Part shown: positions 19,695 through 27,844 of the stretch, one piece after another
Numbering within the stretch: position 1 is the stretch's first letter
How the letters are laid out: every line of letters starts with the position of its first letter
IMG/VR virus record: IMGVR_UViG_3300018080_000191
Span: 1 to 61,267 of that record
Strand: one strand, 5' to 3'
Origin: a virus
Taxonomy: Duplodnaviria > Caudoviricetes
Length of the DNA stretch: 61,267 nt
Translations under genes and position numbers: made by a program
Notes under the pieces: generated by a model
The model's database searches: none
What the model saw: the letters and a program-made list of their open reading frames with translations, nothing else
Told to the model about the DNA's origin: nothing

Positions 19695-19765
19695 AGCGGG
19701 GTAGAGTAGTGGTTACTCGGGGGTCTCATACGCCCTCCAGGCTGGTTCAATTCCAGCCCCCGCCA
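19695..19765 (+). tRNA. tRNA-Met(CAT), initiator-like, CCA not encoded
   Basis: Cloverleaf: acceptor AGCGGGG/CCCCGCC, D stem GAGT/ACTC, anticodon stem GGGGT/GCCCT with loop CTCATAC, T stem GCTGG/CCAGC with loop TTCAATT, discriminator A. Confidence 0.9.
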
Positions 19766-19787
19766 ATGAAAGAAACAATAGGGGGAT

Positions 19788-19846
19788 GGTTCGGAACGAT
19801 ACCTGAACGATTCGGAATCGTTAGGGAACGATAAGGAATGATAAGG
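19788..19846. repeat. helically phased GAA(C/T)GAT-type array next to the tRNA
   Basis: GAA(C/T) units start at 19794, 19805, 19815, 19826 and 19836 (spacing 11/10/11/10). Confidence 0.7.
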
Positions 19847-20024
19847 GTTTTATGGCTCATCTGTGAGACGATAACCATTAAACGTCTCATATATGACAAT
19901 GCTAACCATCAGAGAACAATGGGTAGAAAATCGAGCATATATATTATGTCCTGAATGTACGAAAGCGGTTGAGGAATTTATAAAACATGGGCGGAGTTGA
20001 AACCTATGAATGGGGGTAGATAGG

Positions 20025-20378
20025 ATGAAAGCATTATCCGTTAAACAGCCCTGGGCCACTATGATTGCCGAGGGGGAAAAGACGATTGAGACGCGGACCT
20101 GGGATACCGATTATCGAGGTGACCTGATTATCTGTTCATCAAAGCAGCCTAAAGTTACCGGTCATCTCGCGGGGTTTGCACTTTGTGTTGTCGAGCTTTA
20201 TGACGTAAGGCCCCTGAAGCCGGCAGATGAGGACCGAGCCCGATGCAGGTATTTCCCTGGTGGTTATGCTTGGTGTTTAAGAAATCTCCGCGATATTATC
20301 CCGAAGGTTCCGGTCCGGGGGCAGCTCGGGATATTTGAACTGGAGTTTAAAGATTCAATAAGGATGGTGAGGAAATGA
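20025..20378 (+). CDS. ASCH domain protein
   Basis: MKALSVKQPWA.MIAEGEKTIETRTW...RGDLII...PVRGQLGIF. Confidence 0.92.
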   Translation: MKALSVKQPWATMIAEGEKTIETRTWDTDYRGDLIICSSKQPKVTGHLAGFALCVVELYDVRPLKPADEDRARCRYFPGGYAWCLRNLRDIIPKVPVRGQLGIFELEFKDSIRMVRK

Positions 20379-20659
20379 AGATAGTAATAAGAATTAGCGA
20401 GGAACAGGCTCGGGCCATGCTGAAGGTGGTGGGGATGCAGGATAATAATGACTGTAACCTGGAGAAGCTTAAAAAGCATGGTTTTGTTGAGAAGTCTGCA
20501 CTCGACAAAGCGAGGGAGGAAAAAGAGAAAATAGCGCAACATGATGACTCTGTTATTGGTGTTAGCTGGGCCATAAAAATAGCCAACATGTATGAGCGGG
20601 CCATTAAAGAGATCCAGGAAATGGGGGATGAGAGAAATGAACTATCTTGCGATAGGTAA
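20375..20659 (+). CDS. hypothetical protein
   Basis: ATGA coupling to the upstream gene. Confidence 0.6.
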   Translation: MKIVIRISEEQARAMLKVVGMQDNNDCNLEKLKKHGFVEKSALDKAREEKEKIAQHDDSVIGVSWAIKIANMYERAIKEIQEMGDERNELSCDR

Positions 20660-20864
20660 TGACGAATTGAAAAACCGCCCCGAAGTGCATGATGGCGACA
20701 TGATTACATGTCCCCGGTGTGGTCGTACCCATGCACTCTACGCAGCAAAAGATGATAAAGGCGAAAAAGATGAGACAATTCTTGCCTATAAGTGCGGAGG
20801 GGTTGTGTGTTTAGCTGCAGTAAATTGTAAGCTATTACCTAAAATAGAGAGGGCGATACAATGA
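20637..20864 (+). CDS. Zn-ribbon hypothetical protein
   Basis: CPRCGRTH...YKC. Confidence 0.6.
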   Translation: MNYLAIGNDELKNRPEVHDGDMITCPRCGRTHALYAAKDDKGEKDETILAYKCGGVVCLAAVNCKLLPKIERAIQ

Positions 20865-20953
20865 CTTTTATTGCTGGTTTTATCTGCGGTGCTATTGCCG
20901 TGGCGGTTGTTGTTCTTTATTGCATCGTCCGCCTGGTAATCGGGAGCTGGTAA
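20861..20953 (+). CDS. 30-aa hydrophobic peptide
   Basis: GAGGG SD, ATGA coupling, single TM segment. Confidence 0.45.
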   Translation: MTFIAGFICGAIAVAVVVLYCIVRLVIGSW

Positions 20954-21064
20954 ATGTTCCGTAAATATCGCAAAATAGGAAGGCTATTGATCGCCCTGGT
21001 TGTTGTGGTGATTTACGGGGTGATGGTCTTGGTTTATATGAAGGTGTTTGATGAAAGAACTTGA
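20954..21064 (+). CDS. 36-aa membrane peptide
   Basis: GGAG SD, basic N-terminus plus TM segment. Confidence 0.45.
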   Translation: MFRKYRKIGRLLIALVVVVIYGVMVLVYMKVFDERT

Positions 21065-21239
21065 GCAACAATACGGTATTGAGAAGGCCGAGGAGATCCA
21101 GGAATCCGTTAAGGACTTCATGAGTCGAATTAAGATATTTTATCGAGGCGAGGCCAAGATCAAGAGGATCGGGTTCGAGATTGAGGTTGAGGGGGTCCAG
21201 GTCGTTGTTTTCTCGGATGATATCACGAAGCCGTATTAA
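21048..21239 (+). CDS. hypothetical protein
   Basis: AAGGTG SD; last gene before the promoter region. Confidence 0.6.
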   Translation: MMKELEQQYGIEKAEEIQESVKDFMSRIKIFYRGEAKIKRIGFEIEVEGVQVVVFSDDITKPY

Positions 21240-21247
21240 ATGGAGCG

Positions 21248-21275
21248 ATTTTTTAAGGAAAGTTCCTTAAAAAAT
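21248..21275. promoter_or_regulatory. perfect 13-bp inverted repeat (putative operator)
   Basis: ATTTTTTAAGGAA-AG-TTCCTTAAAAAAT, 22 bp upstream of the -35 box. Confidence 0.6.
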
Positions 21276-21297
21276 ACTTTGTTGTGACTGGCAACTA

Positions 21298-21326
21298 TTG
21301 ACAAGTGGTGAAGAATGTAATATAAT
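21298..21326 (+). promoter_or_regulatory. consensus sigma70-type promoter
   Basis: TTGACA-17 bp-TATAAT, exact consensus. Confidence 0.9.
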
Positions 21327-21348
21327 GTCTTGAACTGAGGCTCATAAA

Positions 21349-21633
21349 TTGATGGAAAATGAAGCTTCCAGCCCCAATCATATCAGTAGGGAATTGTATG
21401 AGCAATATATATTCCTGATGGGGTGGAACGTACTAAGATATAAGACAAAGCATAATCTGTCAGTTCATGATTTAAAAGATAATTTTCGATGTACCGCGAG
21501 AAGTCGCGGTGAGGGTAGAGGCTATAAACACAGGGAAAGCTTTTACTACAAAAAAAAGTTAATAATCACAATCCAGCTTGAATATTGTGATAGTAGGTGG
21601 GAGTGGAAAATACTTGCAAGTAGCATTGTTTAG
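21349..21633 (+). CDS. hypothetical protein (or structured leader RNA)
   Basis: 94-aa ORF with weak start; overlaps hairpins. Confidence 0.3.
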   Translation: MMENEASSPNHISRELYEQYIFLMGWNVLRYKTKHNLSVHDLKDNFRCTARSRGEGRGYKHRESFYYKKKLIITIQLEYCDSRWEWKILASSIV

Positions 21634-21647
21634 CCCGGGAGAGCTTT

Positions 21648-24600
21648 TTGAAAAGCGATTTAGCGGAATTTAAGTCTTTTATTGGTCGGGACTTCTCAGA
21701 AATAAAATATCATCTGCACACTCAGGGATATGAGTTCGCCTGGGGTAGCACATATTCAATCAATGATGTGCGTAAGGCAATTATGGATCGCCAGCCCGTT
21801 TTTGTTCAGTTGTCTGGACACACGGGCCTGGTTGTTGGTGAGAATCCCGATAGCCTTGTAGTCCATGATGGGAGAAAGATCCTTGAAATTCCCGATTCCA
21901 GGCTTATGAAGTCGTGGACTGGAAATGCTATTATTGTTCAGGAATCCGTAAATGAAACAGAGAACAACGGTAACCCCCTGGTCCTGTTTACCCCGGAGCG
22001 GGATAACTGGCCGGCAGAATGGGAATTGCAGAAACTGGCAACAAACAGGATTTTGAGAACGCTGCAGCTCGATGAGCCCTTTCTCCCGCCACATCCGATT
22101 ATTGTATCATACATAAAACCAACCCAAAACGAGATATCAAAAGGGATTAAGGCTATGCTCCTGGGGGCCGAAGTCAACATTTACGATCCCTCAGATCCCC
22201 TGACCGAGTTCTTGCATGAGCTGGGGCATCTGTATTGGTATACCAGGCTCACGAAAGAAGAAAAACAGGAATGGATTGATTATCACAATACCCTATCGAA
22301 AAAGAACGCTTCTGCAATATTTGCGGGAAAGGCGGGGATGCAGACCGTTGAAGAGGCTTTTGCGACTATCTATATGTGGTATCTGAAGAGCAAGGTTATC
22401 CATGAGGGTTATGGTCGCATTTTGCGATTTCAAGAGCCGAAGGGTCTTGGGCTCCTTGAGAACGTTGTCGAGAGAGTCCGGTACGAGAACCAGGCCGTGG
22501 ATAAGTACAGGGAAAACGAGCAGCTTCTTGCCGAGTGGGTAGAAGCAGAACCGCGCGTGATGAGGCTCGCGGGGGGTTCCAGGATTATCAAGGCTAGGTT
22601 TGGCAGTAAGCCGGCGGAAAAGATACCATTCCCCAGGGTAATAAAACACACAATTAACGAGAGAGAGGATGGCAGAGTATTTATAACCGTAAATGAGGGC
22701 TTGCTGAAGGGTAAGGAACTGGTTGTCAAGGACGGCTTTATCGAGCTGGGTTATGAACCGCTGCTGAAGGCCGGTCCGGGGAAGAAAGATACAACGAAGC
22801 TTGTCAGGAAGGTTATTACCAACAAGAAGGGGCATCGGCAGACAGTTTGGGTCCGTCCTGGGGAGAAAGAGAAAAAGAGAAAGCCTAGTAGTGGTGGGGG
22901 GTTGAAGGAAAAACTACTGGCGAGTACCATCAATGAGGATTACAAAAAGGAGTGGGAGGAGAATAATCGTTTAACTCTACTCGGCCAAAAGGTTACGAAC
23001 GCGAACGATCTCGCGTACTTGGCTAGGATATACAGGAACCCTCAGTATGAAACGTTCCGGATATTTATGCTTAACGACAAGGATGAGGTTGTTGCACAAA
23101 CAGGTATATCGCTGAGGTTGCCTGGGGCTGCGACACCTTTTGTAGAGCCCGAATGTCCGCCAAGGTCGTGGATGTATTACAAATCGATGATGAAAAACTC
23201 GGGAGCAACAAAGTATTACCTGCTGCATAACCACCCAAGCGGACGAACAACACCGTCTATGGCGGACGAGGTTGCAACGCGAGCATTTATCAACCAGATT
23301 CCCGGATTTAAGGCCCATATCGTTATCAATCATGACGAGTATACGAAAATCCAAGCTTTTCCGGACAGCAGTCAGCTTGATATTGAAAAGTCACATTACA
23401 GTCCCCAGGGAGACGACAAATATCATCAAAAAGGCGAAGTTCATCCCCTGGTGGGGGTCAAAATTCTTGATCCCGATCAGTTGGTAGACTTGGCAAAACA
23501 TGCAGAATTTAACAGTAAACGTTATATTTCGCTAATTTCTACTGATGTATACGGAAAGGTAAGCGGGATCATGCAGGTGCCGAAAAACTATTTTCGTGGT
23601 TTTGCCGATAAGGGTTATGATTCCATTCGCGATTTTGCCAGGACAGTCGGGAGTATGAGAATATTTATGATTGGTGGTGGTGAATATGGTAAGTGGGAGA
23701 AAAATTATGATTGGTCTACAGTATATAGAAATGCGATAAAAAGGGGTTATCTTACGGATGCCGTTACCGGTGACGGGAAAAGCTTGTCAGAGCGAGTAGC
23801 ATATATTCGCGACATCAGGCCGGACCCTGGTTATCTTATGGGGGTAAAATTCAGCGAGGCGAAGCCCACGGTCCACGAGGCTGTAAGGAAAGCCAGGGAC
23901 TTTATTTTAAAAGCCAAGGATATTTCGAAGCTCGTTAAAAAGGTTATTATAAATAAAAAAGGAAAGCAGCAGACGGTCTATGTAAAGCCGAGTTCAGGAG
24001 AATATAAAAAGAAGCCGTGGGAATTAACGAAAGAGGAATTTATAAAGAATACGCCAGAGGGATTCAATTATAGTAATTTAATTAAACATGAAGCTGATCG
24101 TCATACAAAACCACCATTGATCACTGTTGGTGATAAATTTTTTAAACTTACACCAATTGAAAGAGAACATGTAATAATCCATGAAAGAGGTCATGAGCTT
24201 TCAGACAAAATGCTTAAAGATGGAAGTGCATTTAAGCTTGCTGACTCTGGGGCATTTGGGCCAAAATATAAAGATGGCACAATAAATGGTATAAATGGGC
24301 AATTCACCCCCGGAGAGAATGTTGCTGAGGCTTATGCGATGTTAATCAGCAATTATAGATGGTTAAAAGAAAAATATCCAATAGTATATAAAAAAATAGG
24401 GGAAAAGGCAATGAGTTATGGCCTGGATATTCCCTTTGCCGTTCAAAAGGAACTTGGGATTATTAAAGTAGATAAAAATCAAAGCAAAAAAAAGAAGAAA
24501 GTGAAAATACTTCCCCAAAAAGTTCGCGAGAATATTGTTGAAAAAGCAGAATTTAAGAAGTGGTTCGGGAACAGCAAGGTTGTTGACGATAAAGGGAAGC

Positions 24601-27407
24601 CACTGGTCGTATATCACGGGACAACAGCAGAGGGCTTTACCGAGTTCGCAGCCGGTAGCGATGTTTCAGGGGAGAGCGATGAATATTATCGTACTGGTAG
24701 TGGTGGCGATCCTACAACTTTTCTCGGAAGCCATTTTGCAGACAGCTCCCTGGTCGCGGGGAAGTTTGCACGGGGCCTGTACGGAGAGCGGGAGTTTTCT
24801 GATAAGGGTGGCAGGATTATGCCGGTTTATCTGAAGATGGAGAACCCGCTGAGGGTTGACGAATCAGAGATGTTTGATATGATGTATCGAGAGTCATATA
24901 ATGCGCCCATTATCGAGAGTATCCTAGAGGGGGAAGCGTATGACGAAGATGTTGAGCCAGAGGAGATTTACGAGCGGTATGATACAGATGAGAAATACAG
25001 GAAAGATATAAATAAGCGAGCTCTCGAGGAGGAGAATCGGGCAGAGGAGCCCATATTTGAGCTCGCACAGGAAATGGCAGATACACTCAGGTCGAAACTG
25101 ATAGATGATGGCCATGACGGTATTATCTATGATAATGAAGTTGAGGGTGGGGTGTCGTATGTCGTATTCGAGTCAACACAGGTGAAATCAGCGACAGGGA
25201 ATCGGGGGACGTTTGATCCGAAGAATCCGGATATAACAAAGGCGTTTCGGGAGATCCTGAAGGCCCCGAAAGACGTTGCGAAGCTAGTTAAGAAAGTTAT
25301 TATCAATAAGAGAGGGAAAAAACAGACCGTTTACGTGAAGCCAGTCGGAGCTAAATCGGAGCCCAAAACGAGGCCTGTTAAGACGGAGTTCAAAAAGAAG
25401 TCCAAGAAGGGGAAAGCAATACACTCTCCTGCGTTCAAGGCCTGGTTCGGGGATTGGGAAAAGGGAGAAGGGAGCCGGGTGGTTAAGAAGGACGGAAGCC
25501 CGCAGGAAACCCATCACCTGGAGAGTTATCCGGACGAAAAGGGAGAGCCGATTAAGGTGTATCACGGGACGGAGAAGGGTGGTTTTACTGAATTTGATGA
25601 AAATGCGATAGATCCCGATGCCCTCTATGGAGCCGGATTTTATTTTACTGAGGATGAAAAAATTGCAGAAGAGTATGCTGGGGGTGGCTTGTATGATGGC
25701 GAGTATACGGTTGTAAAAAGCGATGGCATGAATCATGTGCTATCGTTTGAAGATGAGGACGATCTCGACGATTATACTTCGCAGATGCCAGATGACGAGT
25801 ATAATGCTGCAAAGCAGTACGAGAAAGACGGAAAGTATTTTCTGGAATATAGTGCTGGTCCCGAGAGCGAGGTTTACGAGGTTTATCTTAATATCAGAAA
25901 GCCATTTGATATTGATAATGGTATCATACCGTTTGAGAAATTGAGAGATTTTGTTGAAAAGACAGGTTTGCTGAAGCAGGAAAAGAAAAAGAGTGCCATG
26001 GGGCAGTTGGATGATCCCGATAAACAGGTTGACTATAAATACGAGCATGCGAGTTGGTTGCTCGGTGGTGATGTAGACATAGTAAATGCATTGCTGAAGT
26101 CTATTGGTCATGATGGTCTTACCCATATGGGTGGCAGGAGAGTGGGTACTCGCGATCATCGCGTCTGGATAGCCTTTAAGCCAAACCAGATAAAAGCCAC
26201 AACCGCAGAAGAGTTTGATCCCGGCAGCAATAACATCTATAAGGCAGTGGAGCAGCTCAGGAGCCTTCTGGAAATTGACCTCTCTGGGCTGGGGGAGCGA
26301 TATAGTCATGACTTTAAGAGGTTAGGGACTGAGTTCGGGGACGTGCTCAGGAAGGGGATAAGCTATGCTGATTTGAGGAAGCGCGTTAAAGCCACTGAAA
26401 CCAGCCCAACCGAGGCCCAAAAGCGGGCCGGAAACTATAAAAAGGCGAAGATCCCCTGGAATGGTCTGACTATTTCAATCGAAAACCCGAAGGGTTCCTA
26501 TCGCTCGGGTGTTGATAGGAGCGGGCAGGAGTGGAAATCAAAACTGCATCATGATTATGGCTATATAAACCGGACCGAGGGAGGGGACGGAGATCATGTT
26601 GATGTATTCATCGGCAAGGATGTTGATAGCGATAAAGTTTTCGTCATTAACCAGGTGGATCCGGAGACTGGCCGATTCGATGAGCACAAGGTCATGATCG
26701 GGTTTATGAGTGAGGACGATGCGAGATCTGGATATTTGGCAAACTATGAGGATGGCTGGAATGGAATCCGTGATATTGTTACCCTCTCTTTGGACCAGTT
26801 TAAGAAGTGGTTGAATTTTGGAAATACAAAGGAGTCGTTGATAAGAGAGGCCATTGCAAAGCTTAATACTGTTATTAAGGCAGCAAAAGATAAATCGCAT
26901 CTTACGCCGACCAAAGTTACCAGGAAAGATGGGGTAATTACTACGGTTTACAAGAATCTCAACAAAAAGGTAGAGATAGCAAATTTTGTACGTGATGCAA
27001 TAAAAAATCCACACGGGTATCCTCATACTTTTGAATATGGAGAGGTTGACAAAAAGGAGAATGAGAGGTATAAGAAAATCGGCTTTGACCTGGAGGGGTA
27101 TATACACGTATTAGATAGGTCGGGTATCAGGCATATACATAAAAGGCATGGTGTTGGAAATGAAACGGACCAGAAACTTTCTCCGGTTAAAACCAAACAT
27201 ATCAGGATGATTCCCGATATAGTGAAAAATCCGGACCGCGTTGAATATGCTGGTACTGATGATACTATGGGGCATGATGTTTTACGATATATTCGTAGAA
27301 TAAACGGGGACGTAGTTTATGTTGAAGAAATAAGGATTGGGAAGAAAAGGGTGTTGGCAACGAAGAGTATGAGAATAGAAAAGAGGAGACGCTCTGATGT
27401 CAAATGA
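21648..27407 (+). CDS. 1919-aa polyvalent protein: C39-like, zincin, JAB/RadC, zincin, 2x ART-PolyVal-like, inorganic PPase, PBECR-like RNase
   Basis: HELGH at 22215; HNHPSG..PS.AD at 23226; HERGH at 24180; FKKWFG..VYHGT at ~24552-25240 and FKAWFG..VYHGT..GFYFT at ~25434-26240; PTEAQKRAGNY...IENPKG...DGDHVDVF at ~26400-26820; IRHIHKRHG...IPDIVKNPD...YVEEI at ~26970-27385. Confidence 0.88.
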   Translation: MKSDLAEFKSFIGRDFSEIKYHLHTQGYEFAWGSTYSINDVRKAIMDRQPVFVQLSGHTGLVVGENPDSLVVHDGRKILEIPDSRLMKSWTGNAIIVQESVNETENNGNPLVLFTPERDNWPAEWELQKLATNRILRTLQLDEPFLPPHPIIVSYIKPTQNEISKGIKAMLLGAEVNIYDPSDPLTEFLHELGHLYWYTRLTKEEKQEWIDYHNTLSKKNASAIFAGKAGMQTVEEAFATIYMWYLKSKVIHEGYGRILRFQEPKGLGLLENVVERVRYENQAVDKYRENEQLLAEWVEAEPRVMRLAGGSRIIKARFGSKPAEKIPFPRVIKHTINEREDGRVFITVNEGLLKGKELVVKDGFIELGYEPLLKAGPGKKDTTKLVRKVITNKKGHRQTVWVRPGEKEKKRKPSSGGGLKEKLLASTINEDYKKEWEENNRLTLLGQKVTNANDLAYLARIYRNPQYETFRIFMLNDKDEVVAQTGISLRLPGAATPFVEPECPPRSWMYYKSMMKNSGATKYYLLHNHPSGRTTPSMADEVATRAFINQIPGFKAHIVINHDEYTKIQAFPDSSQLDIEKSHYSPQGDDKYHQKGEVHPLVGVKILDPDQLVDLAKHAEFNSKRYISLISTDVYGKVSGIMQVPKNYFRGFADKGYDSIRDFARTVGSMRIFMIGGGEYGKWEKNYDWSTVYRNAIKRGYLTDAVTGDGKSLSERVAYIRDIRPDPGYLMGVKFSEAKPTVHEAVRKARDFILKAKDISKLVKKVIINKKGKQQTVYVKPSSGEYKKKPWELTKEEFIKNTPEGFNYSNLIKHEADRHTKPPLITVGDKFFKLTPIEREHVIIHERGHELSDKMLKDGSAFKLADSGAFGPKYKDGTINGINGQFTPGENVAEAYAMLISNYRWLKEKYPIVYKKIGEKAMSYGLDIPFAVQKELGIIKVDKNQSKKKKKVKILPQKVRENIVEKAEFKKWFGNSKVVDDKGKPLVVYHGTTAEGFTEFAAGSDVSGESDEYYRTGSGGDPTTFLGSHFADSSLVAGKFARGLYGEREFSDKGGRIMPVYLKMENPLRVDESEMFDMMYRESYNAPIIESILEGEAYDEDVEPEEIYERYDTDEKYRKDINKRALEEENRAEEPIFELAQEMADTLRSKLIDDGHDGIIYDNEVEGGVSYVVFESTQVKSATGNRGTFDPKNPDITKAFREILKAPKDVAKLVKKVIINKRGKKQTVYVKPVGAKSEPKTRPVKTEFKKKSKKGKAIHSPAFKAWFGDWEKGEGSRVVKKDGSPQETHHLESYPDEKGEPIKVYHGTEKGGFTEFDENAIDPDALYGAGFYFTEDEKIAEEYAGGGLYDGEYTVVKSDGMNHVLSFEDEDDLDDYTSQMPDDEYNAAKQYEKDGKYFLEYSAGPESEVYEVYLNIRKPFDIDNGIIPFEKLRDFVEKTGLLKQEKKKSAMGQLDDPDKQVDYKYEHASWLLGGDVDIVNALLKSIGHDGLTHMGGRRVGTRDHRVWIAFKPNQIKATTAEEFDPGSNNIYKAVEQLRSLLEIDLSGLGERYSHDFKRLGTEFGDVLRKGISYADLRKRVKATETSPTEAQKRAGNYKKAKIPWNGLTISIENPKGSYRSGVDRSGQEWKSKLHHDYGYINRTEGGDGDHVDVFIGKDVDSDKVFVINQVDPETGRFDEHKVMIGFMSEDDARSGYLANYEDGWNGIRDIVTLSLDQFKKWLNFGNTKESLIREAIAKLNTVIKAAKDKSHLTPTKVTRKDGVITTVYKNLNKKVEIANFVRDAIKNPHGYPHTFEYGEVDKKENERYKKIGFDLEGYIHVLDRSGIRHIHKRHGVGNETDQKLSPVKTKHIRMIPDIVKNPDRVEYAGTDDTMGHDVLRYIRRINGDVVYVEEIRIGKKRVLATKSMRIEKRRRSDVK

Positions 27408-27453
27408 CGACCTCCAGCTCTACGGCCCCAACCCGCTTTCCCCTCTTTCCCGT
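27378..27453 (-). ncRNA. candidate ~75-nt antisense structured RNA over the RNase 3' end
   Basis: 12-bp closing stem 27439-27450/27378-27389 pairs fully only on the minus strand (two G-U pairs), directly downstream of a minus-strand promoter. Confidence 0.45.
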
Positions 27454-27459
27454 AAAGAT

Positions 27460-27488
27460 AATTTACTATTACTTAGCGTGAATGTCAA
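27460..27488 (-). promoter_or_regulatory. minus-strand sigma70-type promoter
   Basis: TTGACA (27488-27483), 17 bp, TAAATT (27465-27460). Confidence 0.6.
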
Positions 27489-27526
27489 TACCTAAATGGG
27501 AAAAAATAAGCCTTTTGGCATAAATC

Positions 27527-27757
27527 TTGTTAAGGGAGCTATCGATGGAGTTTATGAAGAAAAGAGAACTCAAAGACATCAGGCGGGATATTAAGGTAAT
27601 GTACCTGCTACTGATCGTGAGCAACATAGTGGTTGGTGTTTTTGGTTATTACCTATATCAGGCAATGAGTGCGTATGGCTATTACCTGGCTGTTGCTTTT
27701 AAGCAGATCGGCAAGCTAAAGCAAGCATTGGGCATACTGTTTATGCTTATGAAATAG
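27527..27757 (+). CDS. small membrane protein
   Basis: One or two hydrophobic segments; true start probably an ATG near 27545-27554. Confidence 0.6.
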   Translation: MLRELSMEFMKKRELKDIRRDIKVMYLLLIVSNIVVGVFGYYLYQAMSAYGYYLAVAFKQIGKLKQALGILFMLMK

Positions 27758-27764
27758 CGTAATA

Positions 27765-27809
27765 TCGACACGTATATTTTATGTGTAGATAATCGCTTTA
27801 AAAGCGATT
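27765..27809 (+). promoter_or_regulatory. possible promoter overlapped by a palindrome
   Basis: TCGACA-17 bp-GATAAT, followed by AATCGCTTT-A-AAAGCGATT (27791-27809). Confidence 0.4.
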
Positions 27810-27844
27810 GTTTCGAAATGGGTATTTATATAGGGGATAAAATC

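Noticed and set aside
19695-19765. tRNA as a prophage attachment site
   Set aside because: No integrase or duplicated tRNA 3' end was seen, and phage genes continue on both sides.
16021-19846. Phased arrays as CRISPR repeats or LexA boxes
   Set aside because: Units are ~10 bp with no spacers and no cas genes. The spacing GAA-N3-TTC does not match the Gram-positive GAAC-N4-GTTC box.
27392-27450. Hammerhead ribozyme on the + strand (CTGATG...)
   Set aside because: The CUGANGA core is incomplete and there is no GAAA partner.
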